Positions 27,159 through 42,584 of a DNA stretch of 64,000 nucleotides are shown one piece after another; within the stretch, counting starts at the first letter, position 1; each line of letters starts with the position of its first letter. The notes beneath the pieces are model-generated. The model was not told where the DNA came from. It did not search any database and worked only from the letters and a program-made list of their open reading frames with translations. The translations under genes were made by a program, and so were the position numbers. Origin of the DNA: Octopus vulgaris (taxonomy: Eukaryota); NCBI GenBank assembly GCA_951406725.2, contig OX597820.1, positions 125,612,001-125,676,000 on the forward strand. Direction: 5' to 3'.

Positions 27159-28016
27159 GTGAGGTGCTGAATATCCCCATATCTATTATTTGATTCTCAC
27201 TCCAATTTGTGAGACATACAAATGACACAGTGTTCAAATGAATATTTATCAAATAGGACTTTTAGTAATTTGGTCAACTTAGAAATTTATTAAAAGGCAA
27301 AACCAAATTAATACAAAATGTAAAAGCGAAGAAGATATTGAGGAATTACACCGGAACAACTTTTGATTGCAAAACCTGGATATTAAGGAATATAACTTGT
27401 TTATTATTCCGTTTGTAATTGTTAAAATGTGGTGATGAACAACTATTTTCCTAAAATTCTAGGAAATTACCTATTAAGATATACAGTGACTCATCTCAGA
27501 AATTAGCAATACTGCGGTATTACGATTTTGGGTAAACCTTGGACGTAATTGTTGGCATTAAACGTAATTGATGTGCTGAATATTTTCACACATTTTTATC
27601 ATCCTTGTTCTATATGGTACTTTTATATATACTTTCCACTGAATAAATTCTTAATGCATTTCTGAAAGCAACAATAAGGGAAATCATATTTTAAAATATG
27701 CCTAATATACGCACTAAAAGTCAAAATTGGGGATCCAATATTCATAGCAAAAGACTGCAGTCATTAATTGTTATTTTATATGTATATTTCAAGGAAGGCG
27801 GCTTTTGAAGTATATTTATGATTTTATATATATCTAAAATAATAATTGTGAAGATATGGTAAAAACAATACGACTTAGATATGCATGCAAATTCATTAAA
27901 TTGCATATACTATGTACTTTACAAGTGTGAAAGTGGATTGCTAAGCTTCTGAAATGTAAAATATAATTAATACTGTGCAATGTCTGAGTTATTTGTTCTC
28001 CTGTTTCCTTTTCCAG

Positions 28017-29206
28017 GCCTAGAAGACAGTAGTGACGAAGACACTCTGGTTGACTATGAAGATTGTGAGCTGGCGGACAACCAACTGAGTGAAAGCCCGA
28101 GCAGTTGGCATGAAACTTTCAGCGGCGGCGGAATCACGTTCTCCGCGTCATCAAACAGCAGTGAAACCCTCTTCCATCCCATCCCTGCCACCAGCAATGA
28201 CGAGATTCAGACCAACAATTGCATTAAAATCGAAGACAATGACATCAACATTATAGACACAGAAACATTACAAATAAGCATATCTCCCACTGCGACCACA
28301 ACGACCAGCACCGTGAATGACACTAACATATCTAGTAGTACTACTTCGATCAGTACAGCAACATTTTTATTAGAAACAATGTCATCATCATCAGCAGCAA
28401 CATCGCCAGAAGAAGAACCATTAACAGAAGCATCTGCTACAATTACACGCCATAGAAATAGCGATTCTAGTTGGGGATGTAACCATAGTGACTCAAGCTG
28501 TAGCTCCACAGGCAACAGCAATGAATATAATAAGAGCAGCGATAGCAGTAATAATAATAACAACAAAAGAACCAGCAATATTAACAGTAGTAGCAGCAGT
28601 AGTAGCTGTAGCAGTAGTAGTGCTTGGAGAAGACGAAGCAACAGCAATAATAGTACTAATAGCAGCAATAGTAGAATAACGTGCAGAAGTAGAGCAAGGT
28701 CTAGAAGTATAAAGAGTCTATCATCATGTGAAACTGTCTCAAACCGAGCAGAAAGCAATCAGGAATTAGCAGCCAACAACAACAATAGTGAACCCAATGA
28801 TAATGAAAACACAGACACAAATCAAAACACAAGAGAACAAATAGAAGCGTGCAGCCTCCTTTCTTGCAATATACCTGCAGTAAGTGAATCTCATATATGG
28901 AACACTTTGAACGTTGAGCAATCTATCTCGCTAGAACAGAGTGAAACATATTTGGCATCCACAGAATGGCCGTCGGGATCAAAGAGTGAACAGGATATGG
29001 AAAAAGAAAGTTTTCTACAAAAGTCGGATTCATTTGAAAAATTGAACGCTAACAAAGTTGGGGAAACGTCTGCAACTGAAATTGAATCAGACCCTGAACA
29101 AAAAGAAATATTTGTCGATACAATATTAGACCAATCAAACACTTCACCCAAAGCAATGAACATATCCCGACCAGTATTGACATGCGATATTATCGAGCGT
29201 GTTTAA
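28017..29206 (+). CDS. Terminal coding exon of an unidentified gene; ~395 aa Ser/Thr/Asn/acidic low-complexity region
   Basis: Strong polypyrimidine acceptor ttctcctgtttccttttccag|gc, then 1.19 kb open in AT-rich DNA and a TAA stop at 29204-29206. No domain recognised. Confidence 0.75.
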
Positions 29207-29284
29207 GGTCATATATGTATATATAACACATATACACACACACTCATATTTATAGGTAAAAAACATTGATACATATACATACGC

Positions 29285-29315
<31 letters not shown>

Positions 29316-30023
29316 CATTTATGTATATAGATATTTATCTATGTATGTATATATTCGAAACAAGAAAAACAAATTCAGTTCATCTTCCATCGCCAGGTAA
29401 TCTGCTGAGCAAATATAGCGTCCTTGAGTTGGCATGCTAAATAAAACGGTGCTTTTCTTTTTCACTTGAAACTGGCGGTTAATGATAAAATATATCCATA
29501 TAAAAATAAAACACCAACTACGTATGTTCTACCGAAATAAGAACTGTTGAAATTATTCAATCGGAAGATCAATTTCATGAAATTATTGCATATAGGTATT
29601 TTTATTTGAAAAAAATCTCACACAATAAAACATAACGGAATTTGATAATTTTGCAAAATCTAATTTTCCCGCATTTTTTAAAATCATCGAAATTTACATA
29701 ACCAAAAATGCAAACCGCTGGAAATTAATATTTAGAATGCAGGAAAATAGAAGTTATTAAAAAATATTTTTCATAAAATGCTAAAATATTTCGTATATTT
29801 GGATTGTGATTATTACGTTTCGCATTAAAACTCCGTTTGTTTAATATCATATCTCACTACTATAACATTTAGTGTACAACATTCATTATGTAAAAAGGGA
29901 ATATTGAAAGAATATTGTAGTCAATGATTGATATACGTATAAAAATACGAAAAGGCATCAATTTAAAATGTTTTCGCAAAACTTGACTATATACAATGAT
30001 GTAGTCTACGCATTATATATGTT

Positions 30024-30070
<47 letters not shown>

Positions 30071-30294
30071 ATCTTTGTTGGAGCAAATTTTAGGAACAAG
30101 TAATAACGTGTTTCACTATGTCAAATGCAAAACAATATTTTATTGCTCACCAAAATGTCTCATAAGAAATAATATTGACTCTCGACACTCTTTAAATATA
30201 TGAGACCTTTTAAGAATTCTGTCGAAATGCATCACGTAATTACGTGCAGCGTACAACACCCACACGCAATTACACACGCGTACACACACACTGG

Positions 30295-30315
30295 CATACA
30301 TACACACATATATAC

Positions 30316-30346
<31 letters not shown>

Positions 30347-30421
30347 GGTATGTATATATATATATATATACATACATATCTATATATATATATATATATA
30401 TATACATACCTATATATATAT

Positions 30422-30520
<99 letters not shown>

Positions 30521-30530
30521 TGTATATATA
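30295..30530. repeat. (TA)n-rich microsatellite
   Basis: Directly visible. Confidence 0.95.
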
Positions 30531-31739
30531 TACAGGAAATAAACAGGTAACAGCAAGTATTTGGATTCTAAAGCCCCGATTTTTTCCCTATTTCATTCCC
30601 GAATCTCCCAGTTAGTTGACAATGAATACTAATGACTATATAATAGTGAATTGTGATGTGTGTTGGGACCGTACTATTAAATTCATTTTTACTACATTGT
30701 ATAGTCTCTATATATTTAGTTAACCCTTAATCTTTAACTTATCTTTGCACTTTTAGTGTTTATTTATTCCTTATATAATAACTTAGTATTAATTTTTATA
30801 TTTAATTTTGAAGCACTCAAGATAAATTAAATATATGTATCCTTTTATAGTATATTTTTAACATAGCATCGAATGTGTTTTCTGCCTGAAAAATTGCGTC
30901 AAATGAACGAAAGTATTTTTTAGGAAAGCTAATATTTTTTTTTGTAGTTGGGCGCCATAGTGTTTTATTTTTTGCCGTTTTCAGTTTAAGAAACATTAAT
31001 ATGAAACAAATACAATATAAGTTTTGAAAGAGACAGATCATATCGATAATTCATTGACAACAGAATATTGCTATGTGACTGTACTAGTAGTAGTAATATA
31101 TAATAGCTAACAATAGATTCAAATTTGTGAATTAGCATTCTCGTTATGGTACCACAAATCAAATACTGGAACTGCAATATTTATCAAATAATCAATGTTT
31201 CTCCATATTAAAGGAAATTATTCCCTTTTCTTTTTTGTAGCGACAAGGCGAAATTATTGTAAGGTGATATTATAATATAGAAACATAACATACGTAAGTT
31301 TACGAATTATTATTCACAAAACTGAAGATAATATATTTTATTCCAAAACTAGGAAACTGCATGAAGAACTCGGATCTGTGAAAGTTTATGCCTTCCTTTT
31401 TCTATGTTTACCTTATGTAATTCGCTTTTTACTTTATTTAGCCAGCACCGCCTACAAACCACAGCAAGAAATAGAAGACCCACAAAGTAAACTACTGAAA
31501 GAAATATGAGCGTCGGTTTTTTAGGTTTTTATTCTACAAGTATATATTTTTGATGCACTGTAATATATGAATAAATTTGAGTGTTGTCTTAGAAACAATA
31601 CTAAGGAGTCAGTAAAATAGAATTAGTTCAAAATAGTTAAGTTGAAATGCTAATTTCGTGAAGTGAACACTAATTTAAAGTAACTCATTCGATTAGTCGT
31701 TTGAAAATATCATAAATCACTTTTCAGTGATATAATATA

Positions 31740-31880
31740 TTAGGTTGTCCCAAAAGTTCGTAAACACTTGCGAAAATTGAATTTTTACTCGCCAAGTACT
31801 AACAAAAACAACAAAGATTATTCCTCAAGATAAAGGCCGTTATTTTCCAAGACTTTCTACGAACTTTTGGGACAACCTTA
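31740..31880 (-). mobile_element. Mariner-derived MITE (~141 bp)
   Basis: TIRs ttaggttgtcccaaaagttcgta / tacgaacttttgggacaacctta with TA flanks. The minus strand retains the transposase C-terminus ENNGLYLEE*. Confidence 0.85.
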
Positions 31881-31899
31881 TATATTAATATTAGTTAAA

Positions 31900-33050
31900 A
31901 TTTTAATATACATACCTTTTTTCTATACTTTTATCAAACATTATATTAGAGAGATCGTATTTTCTACTATTTAGTTTGTTGACTATTAGTGAGACCCACA
32001 TATCGTGTGTAGGCTCTGCTATATAAAGAGGACATTTGATTTGGTGTTCAAATTTATGTCGTGAAAACGAGGCGTAGTAAGAAAATATTGAAAGACTGGG
32101 CAATGCAGAGTCTTTCTTGGGTTTATTACAATAAAAATCAAGAGACGTGATTGGGGACTGTTGCTAATATGAGTGAGCAGGAATTATTGTATTAGACGAG
32201 AAATAAAACAAATAAAAAGTGCATCTATAAATTAGGGGTAGTTGTGGTTCTTCTAGGACTGTCTCCCACGCGGTTGGATGGGACATTTTGTTTTGTAGTT
32301 TGGCAACGGCGTCACATTTACAGGTATTGAGTGTTAGATTAATTGTATTTCAGCTTCAGGTAGGGTCATTAATATAGTTTACTTCTTGGAGGTTTACGGT
32401 GCATTGTTGTGAGGCAGTACTGAAAATAATATGGATTTGTAGCTGTTACTGGAGGTTAATAGATTTTGTAAGTCTTGTTGTATCTTGGAACAGTGGAATC
32501 CTATCTTTTGTAGCTGTAGCATATACAGATGTTTTAGCTATGATTTCTTAATGTACAAAGCGGGTGTGGTAAAATGTTATATTCTGATATGTCACGAAAT
32601 TAGGGTGTCATCTGTATATTATCAATTTCTATATTCATGTAATGGCTGCAAAACTACATTATAAGGTTAGGATGTGTAGTTGATGAATTGTGTCCACAAA
32701 CAAACGAGTTCTGGGATGTGAGTGATTGCTTGTGCTGTGAGAGTTTACATAGCTTTAGCCAAGAGGGCATGAATGAGAAACGAAGGAGATTCACAGGAGT
32801 AAATATGACATTGTTTGACAAGGAACGCATTAGAATCCAGCGTCGTTGATAAGTAAATGTGTGAGAGGAAACTTTAGATCTAAAAGACGGGATTTCATGA
32901 AGCCTATAAAAGGCGATTTATCGATGAGAAACGTATGTCAGACAATCGAAAGTTTCATTAATCCCTAGGCATTGAGTTCAAGTTTTTAATAGTATGTCAT
33001 TACATAGGAAAACAAGTGTCCTATTGCTGTCACAGAGGCACCCTACTGAT
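31900..33050 (-). mobile_element. Highly decayed Penelope-like fragment (thumb/GIY-YIG)
   Basis: Remnants xLLDLK, Cys-rich C..C segments and IKCPLYIAE. Weak. Confidence 0.4.
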
Positions 33051-34608
33051 TTCTAATCTCAAGGCGAGTATATCATTAACAACAAAGTAAAATATTATTA
33101 TTTCTTTAATGAACATTGAGACTTTAGATATATTTCCGTTTCGGAGAAGTGGACAGACTTTCATGTATTTCCATATATTAGAATAGATCATGGTGTAGAT
33201 AATTTAATGCATATTTTTTCTGTATACATGGTATACATGCAGCGGGATCTAGTATTGTGCTGGTTTGTAGGAATTTGGAGAGTAATTCGGATTTCGAAAG
33301 TTTATATACATTGTATTGAAACAGGCAAAATCGGAAGGAGTGTTGCGAAATTAACTCTGTACGTTTTCGGTGTGAGATCAGAAGCAAAACGGGTAACAAA
33401 GATTTCATTTTAACTGAGCTGTAGCAAAAAGTGTTTCCGTTGGCAAAGCCACAGCAGTTCAAACTTTAATTTTGTATGTAAGTAGTAAACATTATTGAAG
33501 GTTGTGATGAAGGTGGAGGCATTGATATTTGGTTAGTTAAATTCTAGTTGAAATGTGAAACTGCTAAACAAAAACAGTATTTTCTGAAAGTGCTGATGTT
33601 CTTTATGGTGAGTCGTTAAATGACAAAAGTCTTACGAATGGCAAACCGGTCTGTCTCTTTGCAGCAGGTTGGCTGGTGCAAGCTGCACTAAAGTAAGAGA
33701 AGATATCACATTTAGATAAAGTTGCATTAAGATTTCGATAAAGAAATGTCACTTCTCATTACTACATTACAATGGAGGAGTAGAACATTGAGAAAAATGT
33801 ATGAAATGAATCTAATAGTTGTACAAAATAAATACATTACACACATTTGTTGTTATTTAGATCAATTAATTAAATTTTTGTCTACAAAAGATGCTCCATG
33901 AAACGACGCGAACAAGGACGATGATAATGATGACGATGGTGATGATGATGACGTCGATGACGATTTTCATGATTTTGATGATCTAATGATGATGAGGATT
34001 TAGGATTACATATGTTATATTATAGCTTAAGTATATAATACTGGCTTGGTAAACATACCTGCATTTTTTCCTTTTTTTTTCGACTTGTACTAAAACTTTA
34101 TCCAAAATACGAAATCTAAACTAATGCCACACCAACCGCCGAAGAAATAATTTCTGATAATATGTCAGAATTTTTTCTCAATTAAAAAAGACTTTTGTTT
34201 CGCAAGTAGATTTTTCAGTTACTAATAGACTGATATTCAATGTTTTGAACAGGTTCGGGTGTCTCACGAACAGCCGAAAATGAGAAATGGATGGCTATAT
34301 ATCGATAAGCTAGATAATATATTATTGATATTTTTATATCTATAAATTGTCGAATTAGTATTAAATTCCATTTGAAAAAGTTAAATGTGTTTACAAGACG
34401 GTTCTTTCAGAGTTGTTCTCAGGAAAATTATTTCGAGAGAAACGGTCGAAAGATATTTGGATTCATCGATTCTTTGATACCCAATCATAACTGAAGTTGT
34501 AAAATCTTTAGTTCACTGAAAAATATGAATCACATATTGTCAAACACACAAAAACACACACAAGCACACGCACACGCGTACGCGCACGTGTATACCTATA
34601 TATATATA

Positions 34609-34667
<59 letters not shown>

Positions 34668-35312
34668 CTTCCTCTACCAATGTGTAGATATTGATCTCGA
34701 ATTTTAAAAAAACGTACATTTTGAGCATGAAAAGATTTATACTTTATGTAACCAAGAATTCTAGTTCATATAGAAATTAACTAATCAGCATATTATTTCC
34801 CTCTATTAAACGTTAATGGATTTTGCTTTTTCATAGTTTTGTGGTATCCATAGAAATATTATTGTCACTGTCTAAACGGTATTTGTAACACCGTTATCAA
34901 CGTAAGTACATTAACACTAATGGAAAAAAAAACACTATTTTTTTACATATCTTGCTTTTCTATTTCTACCGAACATACAATAACATTTAATTTCTGTACA
35001 TAAGATATCAATTTTAACATCTCTAAAAATTAAACCTTGCACAGTATTAAAGATAAAACTGTTAAAAAAGTAGATGATTTAGAATTACTTGTTATGGACT
35101 TCAGATGGAAATAATAAAGTATATATTAGAACTTGTGTTGTTTCAAAGTCTTGCCGTAAAACATGTTGAAGTTGTCATATATGTAGCTTCAGATAGAAAG
35201 CAAATATTTTGATTTTATAAAAATGAAACAACTTGTCATGCTTGTTTTGAAATTGAACTGTCACAAAACTGATGCAGAACATATAAAATAAAACGATTTT
35301 TTAAACAATGAA

Positions 35313-35314
<2 letters not shown>

Positions 35315-35389
<75 letters not shown>

Positions 35390-35405
35390 AACAACAATAA
35401 TGATA
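35315..35405. repeat. (AAT)n microsatellite
   Basis: Directly visible. Confidence 0.95.
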
Positions 35406-38386
35406 ATTAACATGCAGATGCTTCAATATTTTAATAGTAGAAAAATTGCTGCTTTCTACGGAAATAAATTGTTTCAAAGCAAATACTAACAAAAAATAAA
35501 AGAGCTGCTGTGCTTTAAGACATACACTTCTGTTCAAACACAACAAACATAAATGATCGAAATGGTTGCCTAACTTTCAATTTGGAAAACAAAATCTCTC
35601 TAAGAATGTGTTCTGAAGTGTTCTATATATACACCATTTCTATCAGAAGCTTTGACTTCACCCTTAATGCAACTGTCGAAATCAACATTTTCAATATCTA
35701 ACAGATGAAAGGAACAATTTACGCAGTGATTAAGTTTATGGCGTATGGTATTAATGGATTTCTCACTCCATCTTTCTTATCAAAAACATACCCACCATCG
35801 TTCCGATCCTCTTTGAAATGCGATGTGAATCACTTGAGAAGGAAACCTATCAGTTTGTTATTATTTAACCTAATATGAATTATTGAATTTACACTAAACT
35901 ATATGACCGTAATTATTATCGCACAAGGATAAAAGTATCATTATATGGATTTAAGTACTGATAAAAACAAACGTTTGGTTTACTCAAGAAAGTGCTTTGC
36001 TGGTCATGGGGACAGGTTATTAAAATCAATGTGAAAAACAAGTCATGAAACGTGTTGTTGTCTGCTAAAAAGAATCATATCTCACTCAGCAGGAAATTCT
36101 CTTGTTGGCCACATTCTTCATATCATTTTCATCCTCTTGTATTTCCAATGTGAAAGGTGAACATTTCCTTGTTCCAATAATTAACTCCTAAGGGAAAATA
36201 TTTGCAACACCAGAAAATCAATACATTAAAAGATACATTAATGTATACATACTGGTATTTTTTTTAATAAATTGAACTGAAGGAATTATGAAATATTCTT
36301 TTTTAATATCGATTTTGAAAACCGACGGGTGCAGGAAAAATGTCGATTTCTTGAAATTTTATTTTTGGAGAGCACAGCCAGCTATGATTTTAAGAAGAAA
36401 CTTTTAGAAAATATAGAAAACTATCCATTGAATATTATTTCCAAAATGTGACTCCACAGCCCAGCATTATTCAATTTTTTAATTTTTTTTTTTTCAAACT
36501 AAATTTCAATTTATTTTATATATAATTTTACTAGCTGCCTCTTTTGAAATATATTTTTAAAGTTCAGTTTTCCAGTATTTCGAATCATGTACATTTGCTT
36601 CTAGTTGAAATGTTCGATAAATTATCGCGTATATTCTTTATAGTTTATACTGTTATTATCATTATTGAAAGAGTTCCTCTGAACTTTACTACCACTATTC
36701 AACTGAAACTGTTTATTTCTTTTCAATGAATAATTCTTCGATAGTTTCTACATTTTATTTGTTTTTCATTTACAGATTAATTTGCATGCATGGTTAGGTT
36801 TCAAAAGCTTGTTATATTTGTCTGTCAAATGTTCCATAACAATTGACTGTTTCAATAAGTGCAGCAAAAAATGTTAAAGAAATTTATATTGAAGATTAAG
36901 TATATTACGATAAAATGCATTTGAAGTTATTTGAGGGAAACAAAAACAGATGATATCTTTGAAATATTCTCGAATGTTATAAATTAAATCATGGTGTGTT
37001 ACTAATTTTAATTCTACATATTTTTATTTTAAAAAGGAAATGTTCCTGTTACCTAAATGTAAAAAAAAAATGTCAAATATGAATATATGTGGAATTACAA
37101 ACGATATACATAATCCAGTTGCCACAATTTAAGTCTGCTTCTTTGTTTTTTTATTATAATAATAATAAAGAAAAACAAACGTATTTCTACAAAAGAAAAT
37201 TACATACTTGTATATTATTTATTGTGATATAATTTTCAGTTAATATTGATTGTATTTATTGTTTATGAATAATATTCATGATCATTATTTATTGTAATAT
37301 TTACTTCATATTCTTTGTACTTCATTGTCCATTCCAATTTTTATTTCAAACAGTGCAATTACCTCAAACGCAACAGTTATGTCGGAAAGATTTTAATAAT
37401 TACATGGCATACATTCCATTGTCGTTTTACCATCAGGAAACCATGAAACGGAATTGCGATGAAAAGCATTACATATATTGCTATATTGTCTTCCTTCAAA
37501 CATAGTGTATCCGGGACTATATTAGTTTAAAAAAGAAAAGAATATGGCCTGAGTTATTGCTTATATGATTGCAACATTTTAGGGAATAACCCTCGTTGGA
37601 AGTAATACTTTTCTTTTTAGCATTTATTACCATCATCTTTTCTAATCCTTATCTCGGGTGATATTTCTGGTTATGTACATATAAAGGGACCGGATTCAAG
37701 CACCGAATGATTGTATGTAACATAATTTAGGAACGTTCCTTTCCACTATATAATTGATGTAATCTATATGAAGAGCACATGTAGATGATAACTTAACTTT
37801 TACTGTACCTGCTATTTCTGTTCGTGGCTAAACACAAGTATTCTTTTTACACTAACAAATCATTTGATCGTGAACTGATAACGAATTACACATACAGAAA
37901 ATTTTAATTCGAACAAGTCTGTTCGATAAAAGTATACAACTATTAAAACATAAACATACAACTGTACATGAATGGTTCTGAGATGTACTATATGCTAAAC
38001 TATGTTAACAGTTTAAATAAGCTTGAAAAAGACATTGAGTCCAAGCAACATGAACCGCTTAGTAGAACGCATCCCTGCTCATTTCCACAAACACCATATG
38101 ATCTAGTATCTTATGTCAAAACTCTAACAAGTTATAATCAGTTTGAGATGTCTTCAATGAATTTAAAGATTAGTACATATATTGGCTTCGTATTTCATTG
38201 GTTAGAAGAAAGTTTCATTTTCTTATGTTCTACGGCTAACAAAATAAATATTAGTCTTAATTCACTTTACAATTAAACCATGGGAACCTCTCTAAAGTAC
38301 TCCGTCATACAAATGTTCATCCTAACTATTATTGTTGCTTATCCGCGTAATATTTGTTGTAACTCATTATTCACTACACCTTCTTC

Positions 38387-38444
<58 letters not shown>

Positions 38445-39152
38445 GTAGAAATTCTCGAGCTTAAATATGTCAATACATTATTATCCACGTGATTTGGAAA
38501 ACACGCAATTTAATATACTCAGTTCCTAAATACTGTTCTTAGAATATATAACTTCGTTTTTGCGTCTTCATTGTATTCAATAACTTTTGTAATTTATTGT
38601 TGCGAAATTATAACGTTTAATATTTGAAAGTAAAATTGAATGTCTTTTGGACCTCCTGTGTATCGCTGAAAAAATTATACCCTGGACTTGATTCACCTGT
38701 TGTAAATATGTTTCCGTACGTTTAGCTCTTTCACTCGAGTATAACAAACTGCTATTAATACTGTCATGTATCGCTTTCCTTAAAAGATAAGGCCGCTTCA
38801 CAGCTCCGACTTATACAAATGCAATCTAGAAAATAAATGTAACAACAATTCTGCGATAGAATACGAACTCAATCTTCCTATCAATTAGTAAGCTCTCAAT
38901 TGTTTCTAATGTAGTCCCATATGGTTTGTATTTCGTACCGAATTTATAAAATATGGAAAATCTTGATACTTTTAAAATTTAGAAGACATTCAACAATCTG
39001 AATGATTTCACAAAACGCGTAACAGATATAGATTTGTTAGTTACGAAATATTTTCAGTTCAAGATAAAAATGCTACAAGCAGAATTATAATAGGAACCAG
39101 ATGAAAACTAATAATTAAGTTAATTAGTAAAAGTATCAAAATCTTTAAGCAA

Positions 39153-39212
<60 letters not shown>

Positions 39213-39215
<3 letters not shown>

Positions 39216-40411
39216 GGGTTGGGCAGAATAATGGAAGCACCTAGCATCATAGCATCATAACCTTTGAGCAATTCATTTGAAATATCTATAAAACCGTGAA
39301 AAACTTGTTTATTTTGAGATTTTTTGATTTATTATTAGTGTTTCTGAATATGGTTTGCTAAAATTGCTGTTTCGTTTCAGATATCATCAGAAAAAGGTAA
39401 TTAAAATTCATTAAAATGTTAGATCTATTGGACTTTCAAAGATGTCAAATTGTTGGTGCTCGTATGGCAGGCGCTAGCGTAACAAAAAATCAGCTGAAAT
39501 GTTTGGTGTACTGTTTCGAAAGTAATGACAGCGTTTGAGAATGAGAGAAAAATTTCTTCATCAAATTAAATCTCCGGGACAAAACTAAGACTTTCATATA
39601 GGGACCGTCAAAATCTTACGCGAATTGTTAGAAATGATCACAAAAGTACAGCTTCCAAAATTACTGCGGAGCTTAATAATCACCTCGAAAACCCAGTTTC
39701 CACAAAAATATTTCGCTGAGAGCTGCACAAATCCGGATTTCTCGGCAGGGCTGCAATCAGAAAACCACTACTTTCAAAAACGAACGTTGCAAAGCGTTTA
39801 ATGTTATTTTCTCGGACGAGTCATCGTATACCCAATTTCTGACCACTGGCTGAGTATACGTGTGGAGACAGCCTTTTGACCCAGACTTCCTACTTCCAAC
39901 TGTTCAACATGGATGAGTATCTGTGAGGATCTTGGAAAGCCGGCACACAAATGGTTTCCCTTCATGGCAGAATTAATAGTCAAGACTTTTTAAGCATTGT
40001 ATCTGATAAAATTCACCCTATGTTTGCGGAACTGCTTCCGGATGGAAACGCAATCTTTCATGATGATAATGCACCAATTCATACAGCTAAACATGTTACT
40101 GAATGGAACGAGGAACATTCTAGTGAAGTTGAACAACTTAACTGGCCACCACAGTCTCTAGATCTCTATATTGTTCAACATATTATGGTGCATTTTAGAA
40201 AAAACAAGTAAGGAGTCAATATCCACAGCCATCATCCCTACAAGAACTTGAGCTGAAGAATGGACAAAAATTCCTTTAGAAACAATTCAAACTTTGTACT
40301 AGTCCATACCGCGTAGAATGCAAGCTGTAATTACTGCCAAAGACGGTCCTACCCTATCTTAAAATTAATTTGTTTGAAATTTTAAGGCATCTCCATTATT
40401 TCGTCCAACAC

Positions 40412-40414
<3 letters not shown>
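39213..40414 (+). mobile_element. Tc1-like transposon, near full-length, decayed, inside (TA)n
   Basis: TIRs caggggttgggcagaataatgga / tccattatttcgtccaacacctg with TA flanks. Motifs QIVGARMAGASVT, IFSDES, FHDDNAPIH, WPPQSLDL. Confidence 0.92.
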
Positions 40415-40466
<52 letters not shown>

Positions 40467-42584
40467 TATAGATATATATATGAGCGCGTGTGTGTATAGA
40501 TAGATACATATCACCAAAAATGTCTTAATCCCAATGCTAAACAGATTACAACATTAATATTGTTATGAAGACTTGATCGTTACAGATTATTTGTTTTCTA
40601 CTGCAAATACCAAAGTATAAATATATAGGTTGCTTCGAATGCAAAATATCATTCAGTTGATGTCTCGCGCATGTAGGCGATACATAGAAGATATCATACA
40701 TACAATTCGATATATCTATCTTGTACGTAATTTGATTTCAGACGTCCATAGATTAAAATTGTTTGCTGTAGCAAGGTGATGTCGGAAAAATGACAGCTCT
40801 TCAAATATCAAATTTAACAACAATATTTTTGTAGTTGTCGAAAAAAAAAACTATGGGGTAATACAACAATTGTCATAATTAGTTGCCATAGCCACGTAGT
40901 TAAATAATTATTTTGTCGAAGCGTTATATTCCCGATCACTCGAATATCCCTAGTATATTTTTTTTTGCGTGTTTATTTGTTTGTGCGTTGATGTGGGCGC
41001 ATATGAACGTGCGTTTTTATATCAAATTATTTGCCAGAAAAATTGCCATTAAACTGAAGTTTACTCAAAGTTTTTTCTTGAGTTAATGCCTATAAAATTT
41101 TTATGAGAAGAGGTGTGACACTGACTTAGAAATTTTCGGTTGCTCATAAGAATATGAATATATTATAAAATATTTCAAAGCATGCACATTTAGCGACTCT
41201 TAATACGGAAGTAATGCCGAGTGGATATTTTATGATAATCGTCTGGACTTCAAAGATAAAGTGATAACAGAATTCACAAGAAACACTAACTGAAACAGGT
41301 GCACCTACAGAACTCGAATCTTTTATTAATGTTATTCATATTAAATTCATATTATTTTGGAATCCTTTAGCGAAGAAGATGAATTATTTTCTGGTCATTA
41401 ACAATAGTTTAATAGCACGAATTTGTAGACATCAATAAAATTTGCCCATAATGTGTGAATTTTGCTGATAAACATTTTTGTTTTTATGTTAGTGCTGGAG
41501 AGAAGCAAATGTTAACGATTCTAATATACATTTGTAATCGAAACGACGTGATGTATGTTTCATTTCCTTTGTGTAGCTTGAAACTTACTTATTCATCTCT
41601 AAAATTATGGAACAAATGAAAGATTAATTTCACATATAATGTCTATATATTTACATTAACTAGCATAGAGAAATGAATAATATATATAAATATGTATGTT
41701 TTCTAATGAAGAAATAGGATGCAATACTAAGGAAATGTTGACAATTTATTAGAATATTAAAATTATCAGCATTGTGTCAACAATTGTAAACAATCTCTTA
41801 GCAGATTAATATTTTACCATTTTGACAGATATTCTTGGAAACCAACTTGTGTCTCTAGCATGGAAGTAGAATTTATTTCAATATTTCATGAATAATTCTT
41901 TGTAAAAAAAAATGTCACAAATCATGCTCAAAATACACTTCATTTTCTCATTTTGAAATGTATTACATTTTCAGTAAACAATATTAGACGTTCAGTAACA
42001 TTTCTTTTCATAAGCAGACAGTTTTGAATAAAATCAATATATTTGCTGTTCTATACATGAAATAATCAGGTAATAAATTGTACAAAACATATATGTGTAG
42101 ATGTCAAGAAATTTGTGGGATAACACGCCTGAAAAGAAAATATTTTATCTCAATCAAATGATTGTTTCATTTCCGGGGCCCTTAATGCTTCGTAAAGAAG
42201 CTTTGCGTTCTACGAATCTTAAGAGACCCCAGGAATGAGATTTCTTAAATGCAGCTATATAGATTATTATCAAGGTTTGTATGGATATTGCTTGTAATTG
42301 TTTCGAATAAATTTTGCATTGTGAAAACAGTTTATACATTGTGCATTATATGCTTGAAGATTAAGCGATCTATTTTTCGTATCACGATTTGGTGCATATT
42401 GCACTTATACAATCGTACTATAAATTGTAAACATCGGAATAAAATTTGCGGCAGTTTCTTTTCCAGTAGATTCCCTGTTAATATGTTAGGCGCATTATCT
42501 TTGTATCTATTTATCTATCTATATGTTTACCTATCTTTATATTTGAATTTTTCATTCTTATTACTCCCTTGGTCAAATTCATAA

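Noticed and set aside
27980-28016. ATG start of the 408 aa ORF
   Set aside because: Lies just upstream of the polypyrimidine tract of a strong acceptor, so it is likely intronic.
28207-28758. 183 aa Leu-rich antisense ORF
   Set aside because: Shadow of Ser/Asn codon runs on the + strand.
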